Source: a bacterium (GTDB lineage Bacteria; Patescibacteriota; Saccharimonadia; CAILAD01; GCA-016700035). Taken from it: DNA of 64,000 nucleotides. The position numbers and the translations under genes are program-made. Positions 1 through 9,275 of this stretch are shown in pieces (the stretch's first letter is position 1; each line of letters starts with the position of its first letter). Under the pieces are notes generated by a model. That model searched no databases. It saw only the letters and a list, made by a program, of their open reading frames with translations, and was not told the origin of the DNA. Location of the stretch: assembly GCA_016700035.1 (NCBI GenBank), contig CP064998.1, positions 727,551 to 791,550 on the forward strand. Reading direction: 5' to 3'.

Positions 1-18
1 AACTCCGCCACTCATATT

Positions 19-3000
19 TTAATACCCAAATATTCCCTTCAGAGCATTAAGCACAATTGCAATCACACTATCTGACGCCTTGCCGATAACTGCCGATCTA
101 ACATCTCCTGAAGTTTCGTTACCCGCCCGATCTTTTGATAGTGGCTGCACACTATAGATATGTGACGTTGATAAGTCTGAAATAATTACAATGTGCTCGT
201 TAGACAATGCCGCATCCTCGCTGGTTCGGCTAGTAAACTGCTTGCGCCCTGAACCCTCGCCGTACGCTATTTGACTGGTCGCCGGTTCATCGGTGTACCA
301 AGAAACAACTATCTGCCCGCGAGCCTCTGCGCCTGTGCCACGGATAGCAGTTTCAACCTTCATACGACTTATTTTTGGGGGTCGGGTGTCGAGTGCCGTT
401 TTTAGTCGCTGAACATCGGACACCGCAAGGTTACCTCCCGCATCGCGAGATTCGGCAACCAATGAATACTCAGTGTCATCTATAAGATCATGAATAATTA
501 CTGTGTGTTCTGTCGTAAGTTTAGAGTCGCTAATCTCTTTTTGATAGCCGTCTTTTGGTGTGTAGCGCACCAAAGATGTTGTTGGCACGTTGGTAGTCCA
601 GCTCACCTGCTGGGTACTGGTTGGCTCTCCATCCATTGACTGATAACCTAGATTTAATATGCGCGGTCGTGCGGGAGTAGTGAAATTTAATACAGTACTA
701 CCCTGATACTCATTACCATCCGCATCATAGGTATTTAATCGATAGTCATATTTGGTTCCGTCATCTAAACCGACTAATTCAATTTCATAGGTGGACTCGG
801 AGAGTGATGTGGCAATTTCTTTTACGCCGCCAAAACTCGCTGACTTACCATACTGCACGACGACCCTAGCCGCCGACACAGAAGTAAAGCGGATTTGCGC
901 TGATGACAAGCCGACTCGAATTACAGATATATCCTGGGTGCTTGGTGCAGGCTGAGTCTTAAAGCTAAACTCGCTAGAAAGCCCGGTGTTACCATCTTCG
1001 TCGGTCCACGAAGCCTTGGCATAATAGGTGGTTCCAGCAGTCAAGTTGTTAAGCGAAACAGCATGATCGGTTACTTGAGCGTTACTTGCCACCTGAAACG
1101 GGTCATACTCACCAGACTTAGTGCCGATGGAAATCTTACTATCGCTAGCACGGTCGGTCGACCATCTAACCTTAGCCTTCTTGGACGTAATATCCAGCAG
1201 TACGGGTTGGCTCGTGATATTTGCCGGCTCCGTAAACTTGCCTGTCGGTGTATCGTCCACAGTAGCACTATTGGCACCACAGTTGTTGGCACTGTCACAA
1301 GCTTTAATGCGGTAATAGTATTTTTGTGAAGACAGCCCACCATCAACATGACTCGTACCGGTCGTGGTGGCCACTTGGCTAAAATTATTGTTGTCAGTAG
1401 AACGATAAATCCGGTAGCTGCCTATGCCCGCTCCGATATCCGTGGGCTCATTCCACGACAGAGCCAGGCGCCAAGTGCCGGATGTCTTGATGGAAACATC
1501 GGCAATATCTACGTTCAGTGGCATACCCGGAGCTGAAGTATTAGCAGTAAAGGTTACACTAGCAGCGGTAGCGTAGTTGATGTTGCCAGCTTCATCTTTA
1601 GCCACCACATAAAATGTATTATCACCTGGCTGAGTGGCGTAGGCACCTGCCGGCAGACTGGTAACGCCGCCGGCCGTAAAGGTACAGCTAGTGTTTGTTG
1701 GAATAGTATTAATACTGTAACAATACGTTAAATTGCCGGCCGAACCCTGGTAAGAGCTTGGAGCAGCCCAGGAAAAGGCAAAGCTATTAGTGGTGTTAGA
1801 GGCGGGTGTGGCACTCACATTTTGCGGGCTACTGGGTGAGATGGTATTAATTTTAATCACTGTCGTTACACTTGTGGCACTCACATTGCCGGCCTCATCC
1901 CAAGTCCTGAAATATACTACATTATTGCCTTCGCTCAGGTTGGCGTAATCAGGCGGGTCGGTAGTAGTGTATGAGCCATCATTGGCCAGCAGGTCGGAAT
2001 TATCTTGACTGCCAGTATGGCCATCTCCGTACCAAGTTGTGTTGCCTATTTTGTACTGCAGACCCTCCAGCCCAGAGTTAGTATCATTCGGGGCATCACC
2101 ACCGCTAGTAGGCCAAGTTAGGGTAACATTTTTTGAGGCGACAAACTGAGATGGGGCACTAATAAAGCTTGGATTGTTTGGCGGAGTATTATCAAATCGA
2201 AAACTGAACTGAGCTAGCGCGCCAGCATAGACATTGCCGGCATTATCAATCGCCCGGATACTTAAGTAGTATGGACTATTGGACGAAGTTAGAGCAGTCT
2301 GCAGATAGCCACTAGTCGCTAGATCTACATTAGTGGTACTAACTGCAAACTGGCAGTCTCCGTCGGTATTAATTGGACTAGCCCCCAGTAGCCCCTTGGT
2401 CGTGACTGGATTGGCAGTATTGTCTTGGCCAAGATACAAGCAGTAACCCTGAATACCCGAACCGCCCGAGTTATCCGTACCAGAATCCCATTCAAAGTAC
2501 GGGCTCACCCCGTTGGTCCAGGCGTTAGACGCAACGTTACTGCCACCGGCCACTCTTTTCATACTAAGATTGCTGGCATTAGTAACTGGCGGATCAATGT
2601 CCCATGGATCGTACTGAATAGCCACATCCTGCAGAGTGGGCGTAGTACCATTATCTACATTTAGAGTAACCTGGTATTGCACATAGCGATGATCATTGCT
2701 AACACAGCTCTGACCAGTTAAGTCAGCACCACTAGCAATACCGGTGCAGCCAGTAAAGGCTGGAGCGCCACTCATACCAGGATCGTTACTGGTACGTACC
2801 TTGACTGTCGTAAAGCTAGGCTTATCGGTAGTGTAGGTCAAAGTGTCCCAGTCGCCACCGTAACCAAGGTCAAAGACATTTGAAGTCAGAGTACCAGAAG
2901 TAAACTCATACAGAAAGACATTATCTATATAGATGGTTTTACCGGCAGTCACCTGCACACCGTACTTTTGACTTGCGGCCACCCCAGCAACTGTAGCTGT

Positions 3001-4761
3001 TAGCTTATACCATCCAGGAGTCGAAGTTGCAGTATAGGTTGTACTAACCGCACTCGATCCAACATACAAACTAGCATCTGCACTCGTAACGGCAGTCCCG
3101 TTGGTGTAGACATAAGCTTCTAGCGTATAGGAGTTGGTGTTGCCAACATTATACTGCTGGTATAAGGTGCCGACCCCACCGGTGGTAATTGCTTTTGCGG
3201 CGCCAGTTGAGCCATTGTAAGCCTGAGTCGTTGATCGCGTTGCCCCATCTGTGGTATTAGAAAAAATTGAAATTGTACTGGCGTTGTAATTTGAAACTGC
3301 AATATCAATATCTCCATCAGAATCAAGATCTGCCGCACCTACACCATAGGCTCCATCACCAGCAGTAAACGTAGCCGTATTGCCAAACGTACCATCACCA
3401 TTATTCCTTCGGATATGCAAATTGTCGCTGAGATAATTCGCTACAATCAGGTCTGGGTGTTCATCGCCATCAATATTGACCACCTCCACCTCCCTAACTC
3501 CCGAGGCAACAGGATAATCCACTTTAGCAGCAAACGTGCCATCGCCATTGTTCTTAAATACAGATGCAGTATTATTACCTTCGTTAGTTGTTATTACATC
3601 TAGATCGTTATCGGCATCAATGTCTGCGACGTCTACAAAGTACGACCCAGTCGAACCATTTGTGTATGACACCATCGCGGCAAAGGTTCCATCGCCGTTG
3701 TTTTTGTGCACTCCAATGGTAGTACTGGTGTATTTAGTATTAACTGCATCGATGTCGCCGTCGCCATCGATGTCGCCGGTGGCAAGACCATATGAATTAC
3801 TACCCGCCGAATAAGCTACCCTCGCAGCATACGTACCGTCACCATTATTTTTGAATACTGATATGGTCCCACCATTATTGTTTGTGAGCACCACATCAAG
3901 ATCGGTATCACCATCAACATCTACCAAACTTATTTGTGATGGTGTTGAACCGGCGCTGTAGTCTACCTTGGCAACAAAAGTACCGTTACCGTTGTTCTTG
4001 AATACCGAAATACTCGAACCACTATAGTTGGCCGCCACTATATCCTTGTCGCCGTCACTATCAATGTCGCCTGTTTGCAAATCTGCCACCCCCCAACCGG
4101 CGCTGTAGTCTACCTTGGCAACAAAAGTACCGTTACCGTTGTTCTTGAATACCGAGACTGTTGACGATCCATAATTTGGCACAACAGCATCACTATCACC
4201 GTCATTATCAATATCACTCAGGCGCGCCGACTGTGGATTGGTCTGGGTGCTATAGTCAACCTTACTAGCTAGAGACGCCGAAGATGGCGTGAATTTCCAA
4301 TCTCCCATATTTGACTCAAACCCATTATTGGATAGCTTTTCACTATCGGGCAACGTGAGCTGTCCACTCGTTGAGCTTGTAATATTATTGATGCTTTGGA
4401 ACTGATTACTAGTACTACTGCCCTGTCCACCGCTCCAGTCAGTCTGGTTCCAGGTGCTAAAGGCGTTAGCGGGCTTTGCAAACTGAAGGACAACCAGTAC
4501 GGCAACGACAGTCCATAGGACAACTATGCCCCAGTGTACATGCTTATGATGGATGCCTCGATAACTCCAACTGTGCCACCGGACATACCGCTTTGAGCGA
4601 CTCATCATATAGGTGTGAGGCTTATGCGCAAGATGCTTATGAATAAATAAGTAAAGCCTAGAAAACCAGCGCCAGCGCAATAAGCTGGACCGAATGATGC
4701 CGGCTATCTTTTTGAAAAAATACGACGCGCGCCCTAAAACTCGCGCCATCCTCCGTGTCAT
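19..4761 (-). CDS. Giant membrane-anchored surface protein (1580 aa). It has a basic His/Arg/Lys-rich N-terminal leader and a single TM helix, then FG-GAP/VCBS-like beta-propeller repeats and a long run of fibronectin-III/Ig-like domains.
   Basis: Long uninterrupted ORF. Repeated units of the form SVFKNNGNGTFVAKVDYSAG...GDIDSDGD are FG-GAP/VCBS-like Ca-binding motifs. The region PGWYKLTAT...NTPPNNPSF...LTWPTSGGDA is Fn3-like and Ser/Thr/Asn-rich. The leader MTRRMARVLGRASYFFKK...HHKHVHWGIVVLWTVVAVLVVL is followed by a TM helix. The C-terminal ~1000 aa is closely similar to ORF 21684..25004. Confidence 0.7.
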   Translation of the reverse strand: MTRRMARVLGRASYFFKKIAGIIRSSLLRWRWFSRLYLFIHKHLAHKPHTYMMSRSKRYVRWHSWSYRGIHHKHVHWGIVVLWTVVAVLVVLQFAKPANAFSTWNQTDWSGGQGSSTSNQFQSINNITSSTSGQLTLPDSEKLSNNGFESNMGDWKFTPSSASLASKVDYSTQTNPQSARLSDIDNDGDSDAVVPNYGSSTVSVFKNNGNGTFVAKVDYSAGWGVADLQTGDIDSDGDKDIVAANYSGSSISVFKNNGNGTFVAKVDYSAGSTPSQISLVDVDGDTDLDVVLTNNNGGTISVFKNNGDGTYAARVAYSAGSNSYGLATGDIDGDGDIDAVNTKYTSTTIGVHKNNGDGTFAAMVSYTNGSTGSYFVDVADIDADNDLDVITTNEGNNTASVFKNNGDGTFAAKVDYPVASGVREVEVVNIDGDEHPDLIVANYLSDNLHIRRNNGDGTFGNTATFTAGDGAYGVGAADLDSDGDIDIAVSNYNASTISIFSNTTDGATRSTTQAYNGSTGAAKAITTGGVGTLYQQYNVGNTNSYTLEAYVYTNGTAVTSADASLYVGSSAVSTTYTATSTPGWYKLTATVAGVAASQKYGVQVTAGKTIYIDNVFLYEFTSGTLTSNVFDLGYGGDWDTLTYTTDKPSFTTVKVRTSNDPGMSGAPAFTGCTGIASGADLTGQSCVSNDHRYVQYQVTLNVDNGTTPTLQDVAIQYDPWDIDPPVTNASNLSMKRVAGGSNVASNAWTNGVSPYFEWDSGTDNSGGSGIQGYCLYLGQDNTANPVTTKGLLGASPINTDGDCQFAVSTTNVDLATSGYLQTALTSSNSPYYLSIRAIDNAGNVYAGALAQFSFRFDNTPPNNPSFISAPSQFVASKNVTLTWPTSGGDAPNDTNSGLEGLQYKIGNTTWYGDGHTGSQDNSDLLANDGSYTTTDPPDYANLSEGNNVVYFRTWDEAGNVSATSVTTVIKINTISPSSPQNVSATPASNTTNSFAFSWAAPSSYQGSAGNLTYCYSINTIPTNTSCTFTAGGVTSLPAGAYATQPGDNTFYVVAKDEAGNINYATAASVTFTANTSAPGMPLNVDIADVSIKTSGTWRLALSWNEPTDIGAGIGSYRIYRSTDNNNFSQVATTTGTSHVDGGLSSQKYYYRIKACDSANNCGANSATVDDTPTGKFTEPANITSQPVLLDITSKKAKVRWSTDRASDSKISIGTKSGEYDPFQVASNAQVTDHAVSLNNLTAGTTYYAKASWTDEDGNTGLSSEFSFKTQPAPSTQDISVIRVGLSSAQIRFTSVSAARVVVQYGKSASFGGVKEIATSLSESTYEIELVGLDDGTKYDYRLNTYDADGNEYQGSTVLNFTTPARPRILNLGYQSMDGEPTSTQQVSWTTNVPTTSLVRYTPKDGYQKEISDSKLTTEHTVIIHDLIDDTEYSLVAESRDAGGNLAVSDVQRLKTALDTRPPKISRMKVETAIRGTGAEARGQIVVSWYTDEPATSQIAYGEGSGRKQFTSRTSEDAALSNEHIVIISDLSTSHIYSVQPLSKDRAGNETSGDVRSAVIGKASDSVIAIVLNALKGIFGY
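3948..4155. repeat. Two identical 61-bp intragenic direct repeats (3948-4008 and 4095-4155), 147 bp apart, inside the FG-GAP repeat region of the giant surface-protein gene.
   Basis: The string aaccggcgctgtagtctaccttggcaacaaaagtaccgttaccgttgttcttgaataccga occurs verbatim at both positions. The spacing equals 49 codons, one protein repeat unit. Confidence 0.8.
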
Positions 4762-5115
4762 ATTCGAATGAAATTCCTCAATAACTATAATGTATATACA
4801 TTATGCCACATCTATTCGCATAGCGCTTGTGCCATTTTAATATTTAACCGTCAATCATGAACTTTGTGACAGATACCCGCGCCACATCTCCGCGACGTAA
4901 GCTAGTTCACCTGACAGCGAACTAGCGCTTGAGTCTCCCCCTCCTATAAGAAATACCAAACAACGCACCCAGCCTACTTGAGCATCTAGTATTGGTAACT
5001 TCACGGATAATCCCGATAAGCCTACATAATTCGCCCAGGTACTTGAAATAGATTTCTGTGGCTTTAGTTATTATCAGACTCCTTCGAGGCTCAATTTTAC
5101 GAGAAAACTACCATT

Positions 5116-5146
5116 AAAAACGCCCAAGACGAGCTTGGGCGTTTTT
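5116..5146 (-). terminator. Intrinsic terminator hairpin (A5, stem cgcccaag/cttgggcg, T5). On the minus strand it sits immediately 3' of the tRNA-Glu remnant (attL), so it is probably the ancestral tRNA-Glu terminator.
   Basis: Sequence aaaaacgcccaagacgagcttgggcgttttt forms a perfect 8-bp GC-rich stem flanked by A and T runs, so it is bidirectional in form. It directly abuts the 19-bp tRNA 3'-end repeat. Confidence 0.6.
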
Positions 5147-5164
5147 GGTGACCCCACGGGGAAT
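5146..5164. repeat. attL: a 19-bp direct repeat (tggtgaccccacggggaat) identical to the 3' end of tRNA-Glu at 30474-30492, T-arm 3' half plus acceptor stem plus CCA.
   Basis: An exact 19-mer occurs at both coordinates. Flanks diverge immediately on both sides. The partner copy lies inside a tRNA next to a serine recombinase gene. Confidence 0.7.
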
Positions 5165-5259
5165 ACACTGTATAACTTCCTAAAAATGCTCGAAACAAGT
5201 TTCTGCGCGTTTTTTTTCGTTAGCGAACCCCTGCGGGGTTCGGCTCTCTCGCGAGAGCT

Positions 5260-5302
5260 ACCAAAGAAAAAGCCCGAGACAAGCTCGGGCTTTTTCTTTG
5301 GT
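5260..5302. promoter_or_regulatory. Perfect 19-bp-arm inverted repeat (accaaagaaaaagcccgag / ctcgggctttttctttggt, 5-nt loop). It is a sequence relative of the 5116-5146 terminator and belongs to a cluster of three palindromes (5230-5302) just inside the element end.
   Basis: The arms are exactly complementary. Nearby are the palindromes gaacccctgcggggttc and ctctcgcgagag. It could be a bidirectional terminator, or an oriT or recombinase/repressor binding region. Confidence 0.45.
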
Positions 5303-5424
5303 GAGCTCTCGTGTATTTGGGTGGAACACCCTGGAGGACGATCTCATACAATTATACAGGAATCTTGTGGAGCTGGGGGTTGAGTATCATGATGGTAAAG
5401 TCTACCTAGCCGATCTGGAGGAAG

Positions 5425-5898
5425 ATGATGTTTAGGAGACACACTAAGCGATACCAAACTGACCTGTTCAATCAGAACACATTCGATAAACCGTTTTTAC
5501 GAGATTTACACAACTGCCGAGAAAGCCTGATTATAGAAAGCCCGTTTATACGATCAAAGCGAGTTGAGGCTCTAATGCCCATACTCTCTAGGCTCCGCAG
5601 ACGTAATGTAAAAGTGACTATCAACACTCGTAACCCTATTGAGCATGATTATGAGTACCGACTGCAAGCCGAGCAGTCTATTGAGATGTTCCAAGCCCTC
5701 GATATTCAGGTACTTTATACGGTACGCCATCATAGAAAACTAGCAATTATTGACCGCTCAGTCATTTGGGAGGGTAGCCTTAATATTCTCTCTTATTACG
5801 ATAGTTGTGAGATAATGAGGCGGACAGCTTCTGCATATGATGCAGAAAGGCTGATTAAATTTATTGGACTGCAAAAGTATTTGCAGCGTGTGAGTTAA
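5425..5898 (+). CDS. Phospholipase-D superfamily single-HKD nuclease (Nuc-like endonuclease), 157 aa.
   Basis: The motif HxKx4Dx6GSxN is present as HRKLAIIDRSVIWEGSLN. The ~155-aa single-HKD size is typical of Nuc-family nucleases on conjugative plasmids. Confidence 0.65.
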   Translation: MMFRRHTKRYQTDLFNQNTFDKPFLRDLHNCRESLIIESPFIRSKRVEALMPILSRLRRRNVKVTINTRNPIEHDYEYRLQAEQSIEMFQALDIQVLYTVRHHRKLAIIDRSVIWEGSLNILSYYDSCEIMRRTASAYDAERLIKFIGLQKYLQRVS

Positions 5899-5902
5899 AA
5901 CT

Positions 5903-6139
5903 ATGTTAGACAAGAATGATTTTCAGAAAGTAAATCTATCCAAGGATGAAGAAGCTATAGCCAAGGCTATTAACTTGTTGAAGTACCATGACCCAGAGAA
6001 CGCAACCAGGGAAAATGCAATCTCGTACCTTGAATATATGTTCACAGCCGCAGAGTGGGCCAGCAAGCAAACTGATCTTACTTTTGATGACTTTTACGAA
6101 AAATATAGGGCAGAACAAGCAAAGAAATCTGGCAGTTAA
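5903..6139 (+). CDS. Hypothetical small acidic protein (78 aa).
   Basis: ORF immediately downstream of the PLD gene on the same strand. No recognisable motif. Confidence 0.3.
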   Translation: MLDKNDFQKVNLSKDEEAIAKAINLLKYHDPENATRENAISYLEYMFTAAEWASKQTDLTFDDFYEKYRAEQAKKSGS

Positions 6140-8721
6140 CCTGCGACTTCTTCAATTCCTAATCCTTGAGTGACAAGCTCAGGCTCTTTGGTAGCCTCCT
6201 CTTTAGATGTCTTGGGCTTACTGACTGGTTTGGTTTTCTTCGGTTCCTGTTTCTTGGCAAATGTTTCTTGTGAATGCTTTATAGCCCGCTTCGCAATCTT
6301 CACACTACCCTCATCTTCAAGTAATAAAGTTTGACCGGATAACGGTTCTTGAGAACGAACGGCAGACAACTTGGCATAGAAGTTATAGGCTGGTAAGTTA
6401 CTCATCTCGCCTGGCTCAATATACGGTGCAAATAACGGCAGTAGTAACCGTTCATCTTCAGGGTTACCACTCCTAAAACTAATGACTGTACCGACATTGG
6501 CTAAGATTATACTGACCATCTGTTGGTCTTTCTGCTGTGAAGTAGATTGCTCAGCCATGACCATGAACATTTTATATTTCCTCGCCTCAGATAGCATCTG
6601 TACAAATGAAGCGGTGGCAAAGTTTTGGAACTCATCAACATACAGATAGAAATGACGACGTTCTTTTTGAGGTATGCGAGCCCGGCGCAGACTTGCCAGC
6701 TGGAGTTTAGCCAGTACAGTAATACCAAACAGCTCTGAAGTATCTTCACCAAGCAGCCCTTTAGAAAAGTTACAAATCAGTATTTTGCCACTATTGATAA
6801 TGTCATCAAAATCAATTGTAGACTTTGGCTGTTCAAGCACTTGACGAGCAGAGGCCGAGAATAGAAATCGACCAATCTTAGCCGTAATACCGGCTGCCAT
6901 CTTTACTTTCTGCATATCACCAGCTTTGCCAAGTTCATTCTTCCAGAAGTTAATCAGGTTTTTGTCTTTTAGGTTCTTGAGCACCGCTTTTCTATACTTC
7001 GTGTCATTGAGTAAATCAAAGACCGTAAATAAGGTCGCATCCTCAATTGTTAAGGCCGTCTGAATGGTGTTACGTAGGACATATTCAATACGGTGTCCGC
7101 CAGTATCTTCCTCAGAGAATATTTTACGGAACACTGATATGACCGACTCCGTAATAAGGTCTTTCTCTCTAAGCAGCTCATTTCCAGAGATACCAGGCGT
7201 CAGTTCCAAGAGATTAAGCCCAAGCGGGTACTCTAGGTCGTCAGGATTAAAGTAGACTACATCATTCACTCGTTCTGGCGGTACATGTCTGAGTAGCGTT
7301 TCCGCCATGTCACCGTGTGGGTCAACCACGGCTAAGCCTTTCCCACTTTCCATATCCTGCACAATCGAGTACTGCATGATGGTCGTTTTACCGTTACCCG
7401 TACCACCAATAATATAGACGTGGCGTTCACGCTCAGCTTCAACTAAACCAATTGGTGTCTGAACTCCATGGTGAATATTCTCACCTAAGATTACATCAAG
7501 CACCTTGCTTTGCTTCAGCGAAACTGGTGCTGGCAAAGTTCGGCTTAATGAAGTAATCAGGTTATCTGTTTTACTGATGCTACTTGAGGGAAAGTGATAC
7601 AAACTCGCCACTTCAGCAGCCGACAATATGAGTGATCGTTTTTTGAACAGACTCGGTAGTCGCACATTGGCCAGCCTTTTCTGATAACCCGCTATCAATG
7701 GTAATCGTAATTTGGTGCGCAGTGCCTGATACGGCGGCATCGAGTAGCCGTCAAGAGCCGATCGTAGCGCCTCAAGCTGCTGTGTAGCGTGGTCACTGCT
7801 AGCCAGTACCCGCAAGCTAACCTGGAATAATGGCTGGGTGACTTTTTGGTGCATTGATTCCATCAGCTCCAATTCAAAGGCGCTGAGGGTTCTAGCTGGT
7901 CGCTGGCGTTTTTGGACTTGCGCCTGGAACGCAGCGTCCTTACTCGACTTGTCCTTATAGTAAGAGGAGGTAGAGCCGTTATAGACTTCGCCGATTGTAT
8001 CAGTCACCCCAATCATGGCACTACCCAGTAGTTCGCTTATCTTACCAACCTTAGAGAAACCACCCAAGGAAACTTTGCGAAGTATATCTTCGTTGCCTAA
8101 TATCCGACGAGACAACCGTGAGGCTTCATTAAGTTTGACTGGAGTCACCACTAACTGCATGGTCAACTGCTCATCGTCACTGAGTTTTGTCATAGCCGCA
8201 GTGACGTAAGACAGTGGGTCATGCTGCTCAAAAGTACGAGTAGACATCAGCGGCAGCACGTAGTGGTGGGCTTGCTTAAATTCAATGACGTTTGCTGGGT
8301 CAAATGGCTGGTAGTCGATAGGTTTTACTTTGGCATCAGGAATGTAGGCAGTAATAGTTTTCTCAAGAATATCTGCTCGTGTTTGCTCAACCTGTATAAG
8401 GTAGCGAATCCCGTCTCGTTTGGTGGAAACTATCTCAAAACTTAGTACTGGCGTTCGATCAAGCAACCGCTCTTTCAGTGAGCGAGCAGCCCGTAAGCCA
8501 TGTATGACCGAAAACAATTGTATGGTCGATTCTGGTGTTTTCTCGAGTTGAGCTGGTGGTGTCAGCTCTAGCCAGACCATTACTCGCCGTTTAAGATAGC
8601 GGCGGTTGATAACTACTCTCACGAGGGCAATAAACCAATAGAGTACAAACAGTAGCAGTAGCCCAGCCAGCACAAACAGACACAAGCGAATTATGGTTGC
8701 GAAATAGGCTGAGGTGTCCAC
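6136..8721 (-). CDS. Type IV coupling protein (VirD4/TraG/TcpA-like ATPase), 861 aa.
   Basis: N-terminal TM helices. Walker A YIIGGTGNGKTT, then AVVDPHGD. Walker B YLYVDEFQNF. The motif ARKYKMFMVMAEQSTSQ is typical of T4CP/TraG-family proteins. Confidence 0.7.
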   Translation of the reverse strand: MDTSAYFATIIRLCLFVLAGLLLLFVLYWFIALVRVVINRRYLKRRVMVWLELTPPAQLEKTPESTIQLFSVIHGLRAARSLKERLLDRTPVLSFEIVSTKRDGIRYLIQVEQTRADILEKTITAYIPDAKVKPIDYQPFDPANVIEFKQAHHYVLPLMSTRTFEQHDPLSYVTAAMTKLSDDEQLTMQLVVTPVKLNEASRLSRRILGNEDILRKVSLGGFSKVGKISELLGSAMIGVTDTIGEVYNGSTSSYYKDKSSKDAAFQAQVQKRQRPARTLSAFELELMESMHQKVTQPLFQVSLRVLASSDHATQQLEALRSALDGYSMPPYQALRTKLRLPLIAGYQKRLANVRLPSLFKKRSLILSAAEVASLYHFPSSSISKTDNLITSLSRTLPAPVSLKQSKVLDVILGENIHHGVQTPIGLVEAERERHVYIIGGTGNGKTTIMQYSIVQDMESGKGLAVVDPHGDMAETLLRHVPPERVNDVVYFNPDDLEYPLGLNLLELTPGISGNELLREKDLITESVISVFRKIFSEEDTGGHRIEYVLRNTIQTALTIEDATLFTVFDLLNDTKYRKAVLKNLKDKNLINFWKNELGKAGDMQKVKMAAGITAKIGRFLFSASARQVLEQPKSTIDFDDIINSGKILICNFSKGLLGEDTSELFGITVLAKLQLASLRRARIPQKERRHFYLYVDEFQNFATASFVQMLSEARKYKMFMVMAEQSTSQQKDQQMVSIILANVGTVISFRSGNPEDERLLLPLFAPYIEPGEMSNLPAYNFYAKLSAVRSQEPLSGQTLLLEDEGSVKIAKRAIKHSQETFAKKQEPKKTKPVSKPKTSKEEATKEPELVTQGLGIEEVAG

Positions 8722-9275
8722 GGGGCGGCTCCTTTCTTATCATGTATGAATGTATAGTAGGCGGCTGATTCTCGTGCAAACGTTCGTTGGCTGACAATAT
8801 TAAGTCCAACGTAGTTCATTTCCGAGATTGTCCATGCGCCAGTCTGACTATTGACGGCAATAACGTAAGCCACGTGTCCCCACTTACCGTTGTCGGACTG
8901 AAAAATCGCTCCGACAGCTGGCGTGTGATTCACTGCATAGCCATCACGAATCGCCCGATCATCCCAGGTATTAGCATCGCCCCACGTGGTTGGAATCGGG
9001 TAGCCTGCCGACAGGCGCATCGAAAATGCCCAGTAGGTACAGTTGCCCCACTCATAGGTATTGCCCGCAACTGGCCCACCCATGTAAAACCCCTGGGATT
9101 CGGCCGCTGCCAGGCTCGGCACATTAGATAGAAACGACACTACGTCCTCGCCCATGGCAAAGACGGCTGCAAACGGCAACGCCACAATAACCGCCATAGT
9201 GGCCAGCACCAGGCTGATCTGTTTTTTAACATTTCCGCCTGTCACCACATTAAGTGCGACCAGGGCTGGATTCAT
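8691..9275 (-). CDS. CHAP-domain peptidoglycan hydrolase (T4SS cell-wall hydrolase, functional analogue of VirB1/Orf14/TcpG), with an N-terminal TM helix.
   Basis: CHAP catalytic pattern GNCTYWA...GYPIP...WGDANTWDDRA...VGAIF...GKWGHVAYV with conserved Cys and His. Positioned between the VirB4 and T4CP genes. Confidence 0.7.
   Translation of the reverse strand: MNPALVALNVVTGGNVKKQISLVLATMAVIVALPFAAVFAMGEDVVSFLSNVPSLAAAESQGFYMGGPVAGNTYEWGNCTYWAFSMRLSAGYPIPTTWGDANTWDDRAIRDGYAVNHTPAVGAIFQSDNGKWGHVAYVIAVNSQTGAWTISEMNYVGLNIVSQRTFARESAAYYTFIHDKKGAAPWTPQPISQP

Noticed and set aside
1063-4523. Numerous 60-115-aa ORFs on both strands inside the giant protein gene 19..4761
   Set aside because: They sit inside a 4.7-kb continuous ORF with clear domain repeats and are frame-shadow ORFs. 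The same applies to ORFs nested in 21684..25004, 6136..8721, 9272..11032, 12114..13604 and others.
5135-5383. ORF 5135..5383 spanning the attL repeat, the terminator and the palindrome cluster
   Set aside because: Its sequence is dominated by hairpins and att DNA. The translation is low-complexity (FFFVSEPLRGSALSRELPKKKPETSSGFFFG) and mirrors the palindromes.
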